NCBI RefSeq assembly: GCF_964188315.1
Contig: NC_135669.1
Coordinates: 35,278,001 to 35,342,000, forward strand
DNA length: 64,000 nucleotides
Source: Podarcis muralis
Lineage: Eukaryota
Reading direction: 5' to 3'
Below are positions 63,920 to 64,000 of the stretch, one piece after another. Under the pieces are notes generated by a model that saw only the letters and a list, made by a program, of their open reading frames with translations, did no database searches and was not told the origin of the DNA. Positions within the stretch are counted from its first letter, which is position 1. The number at the start of each line of letters is the position of its first letter. Position numbers and translations under genes: made by a program.

Positions 63920-64000
63920 CTGGGAACTGTCGTTCGCTGAGGGTGCTGAGAATTGTTAGGTGACCCCTTTTCCTCTCACTGAGTTACAATTCTCAGAGTT

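Overview
Vertebrate genomic DNA, inferred to be from a squamate reptile and probably a lacertid lizard, because Sauria SINEs, Squam3-like SINEs, BovB and squamate-type hAT/Tc1 MITEs are present. The window holds the 3' part of AUTS2 on the + strand. Thirteen GT-AG coding exons (24086-52920; exons 7-19 in the human numbering as I recall it) join into one open frame of about 1008 codons ending ...[10 protein letters not shown] roughly 3.1 kb 3'UTR with several poly(A) signals follows. Bases 1-24085 appear to be intron 6, since I could not find earlier exons. Downstream of the gene are a 5'-truncated L1 with a 26-bp TSD, three solo-LTR-like elements and a GC-rich 651-bp hAT element. There are two N gaps. 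Nearly all other ORFs in the track are chance, repeat or microsatellite frames. The most unusual signals are: (1) two unrelated solo LTRs each carrying an acidic-then-basic reading frame that starts at LTR base 2; (2) a hAT element that looks like it carries a captured promoter plus first exon; (3) a Tc1/mariner MITE duplicated in inverted orientation 5.6 kb away together with 49 bp of host flank and an extra TIR; (4) stacked insertions whose order can be read from triplicated TSDs; and (5) oppositely oriented SINEs bracketing a 726-nt, stop-free exon 7-8 block. No database searches were run. Family names and human comparisons come from recall.
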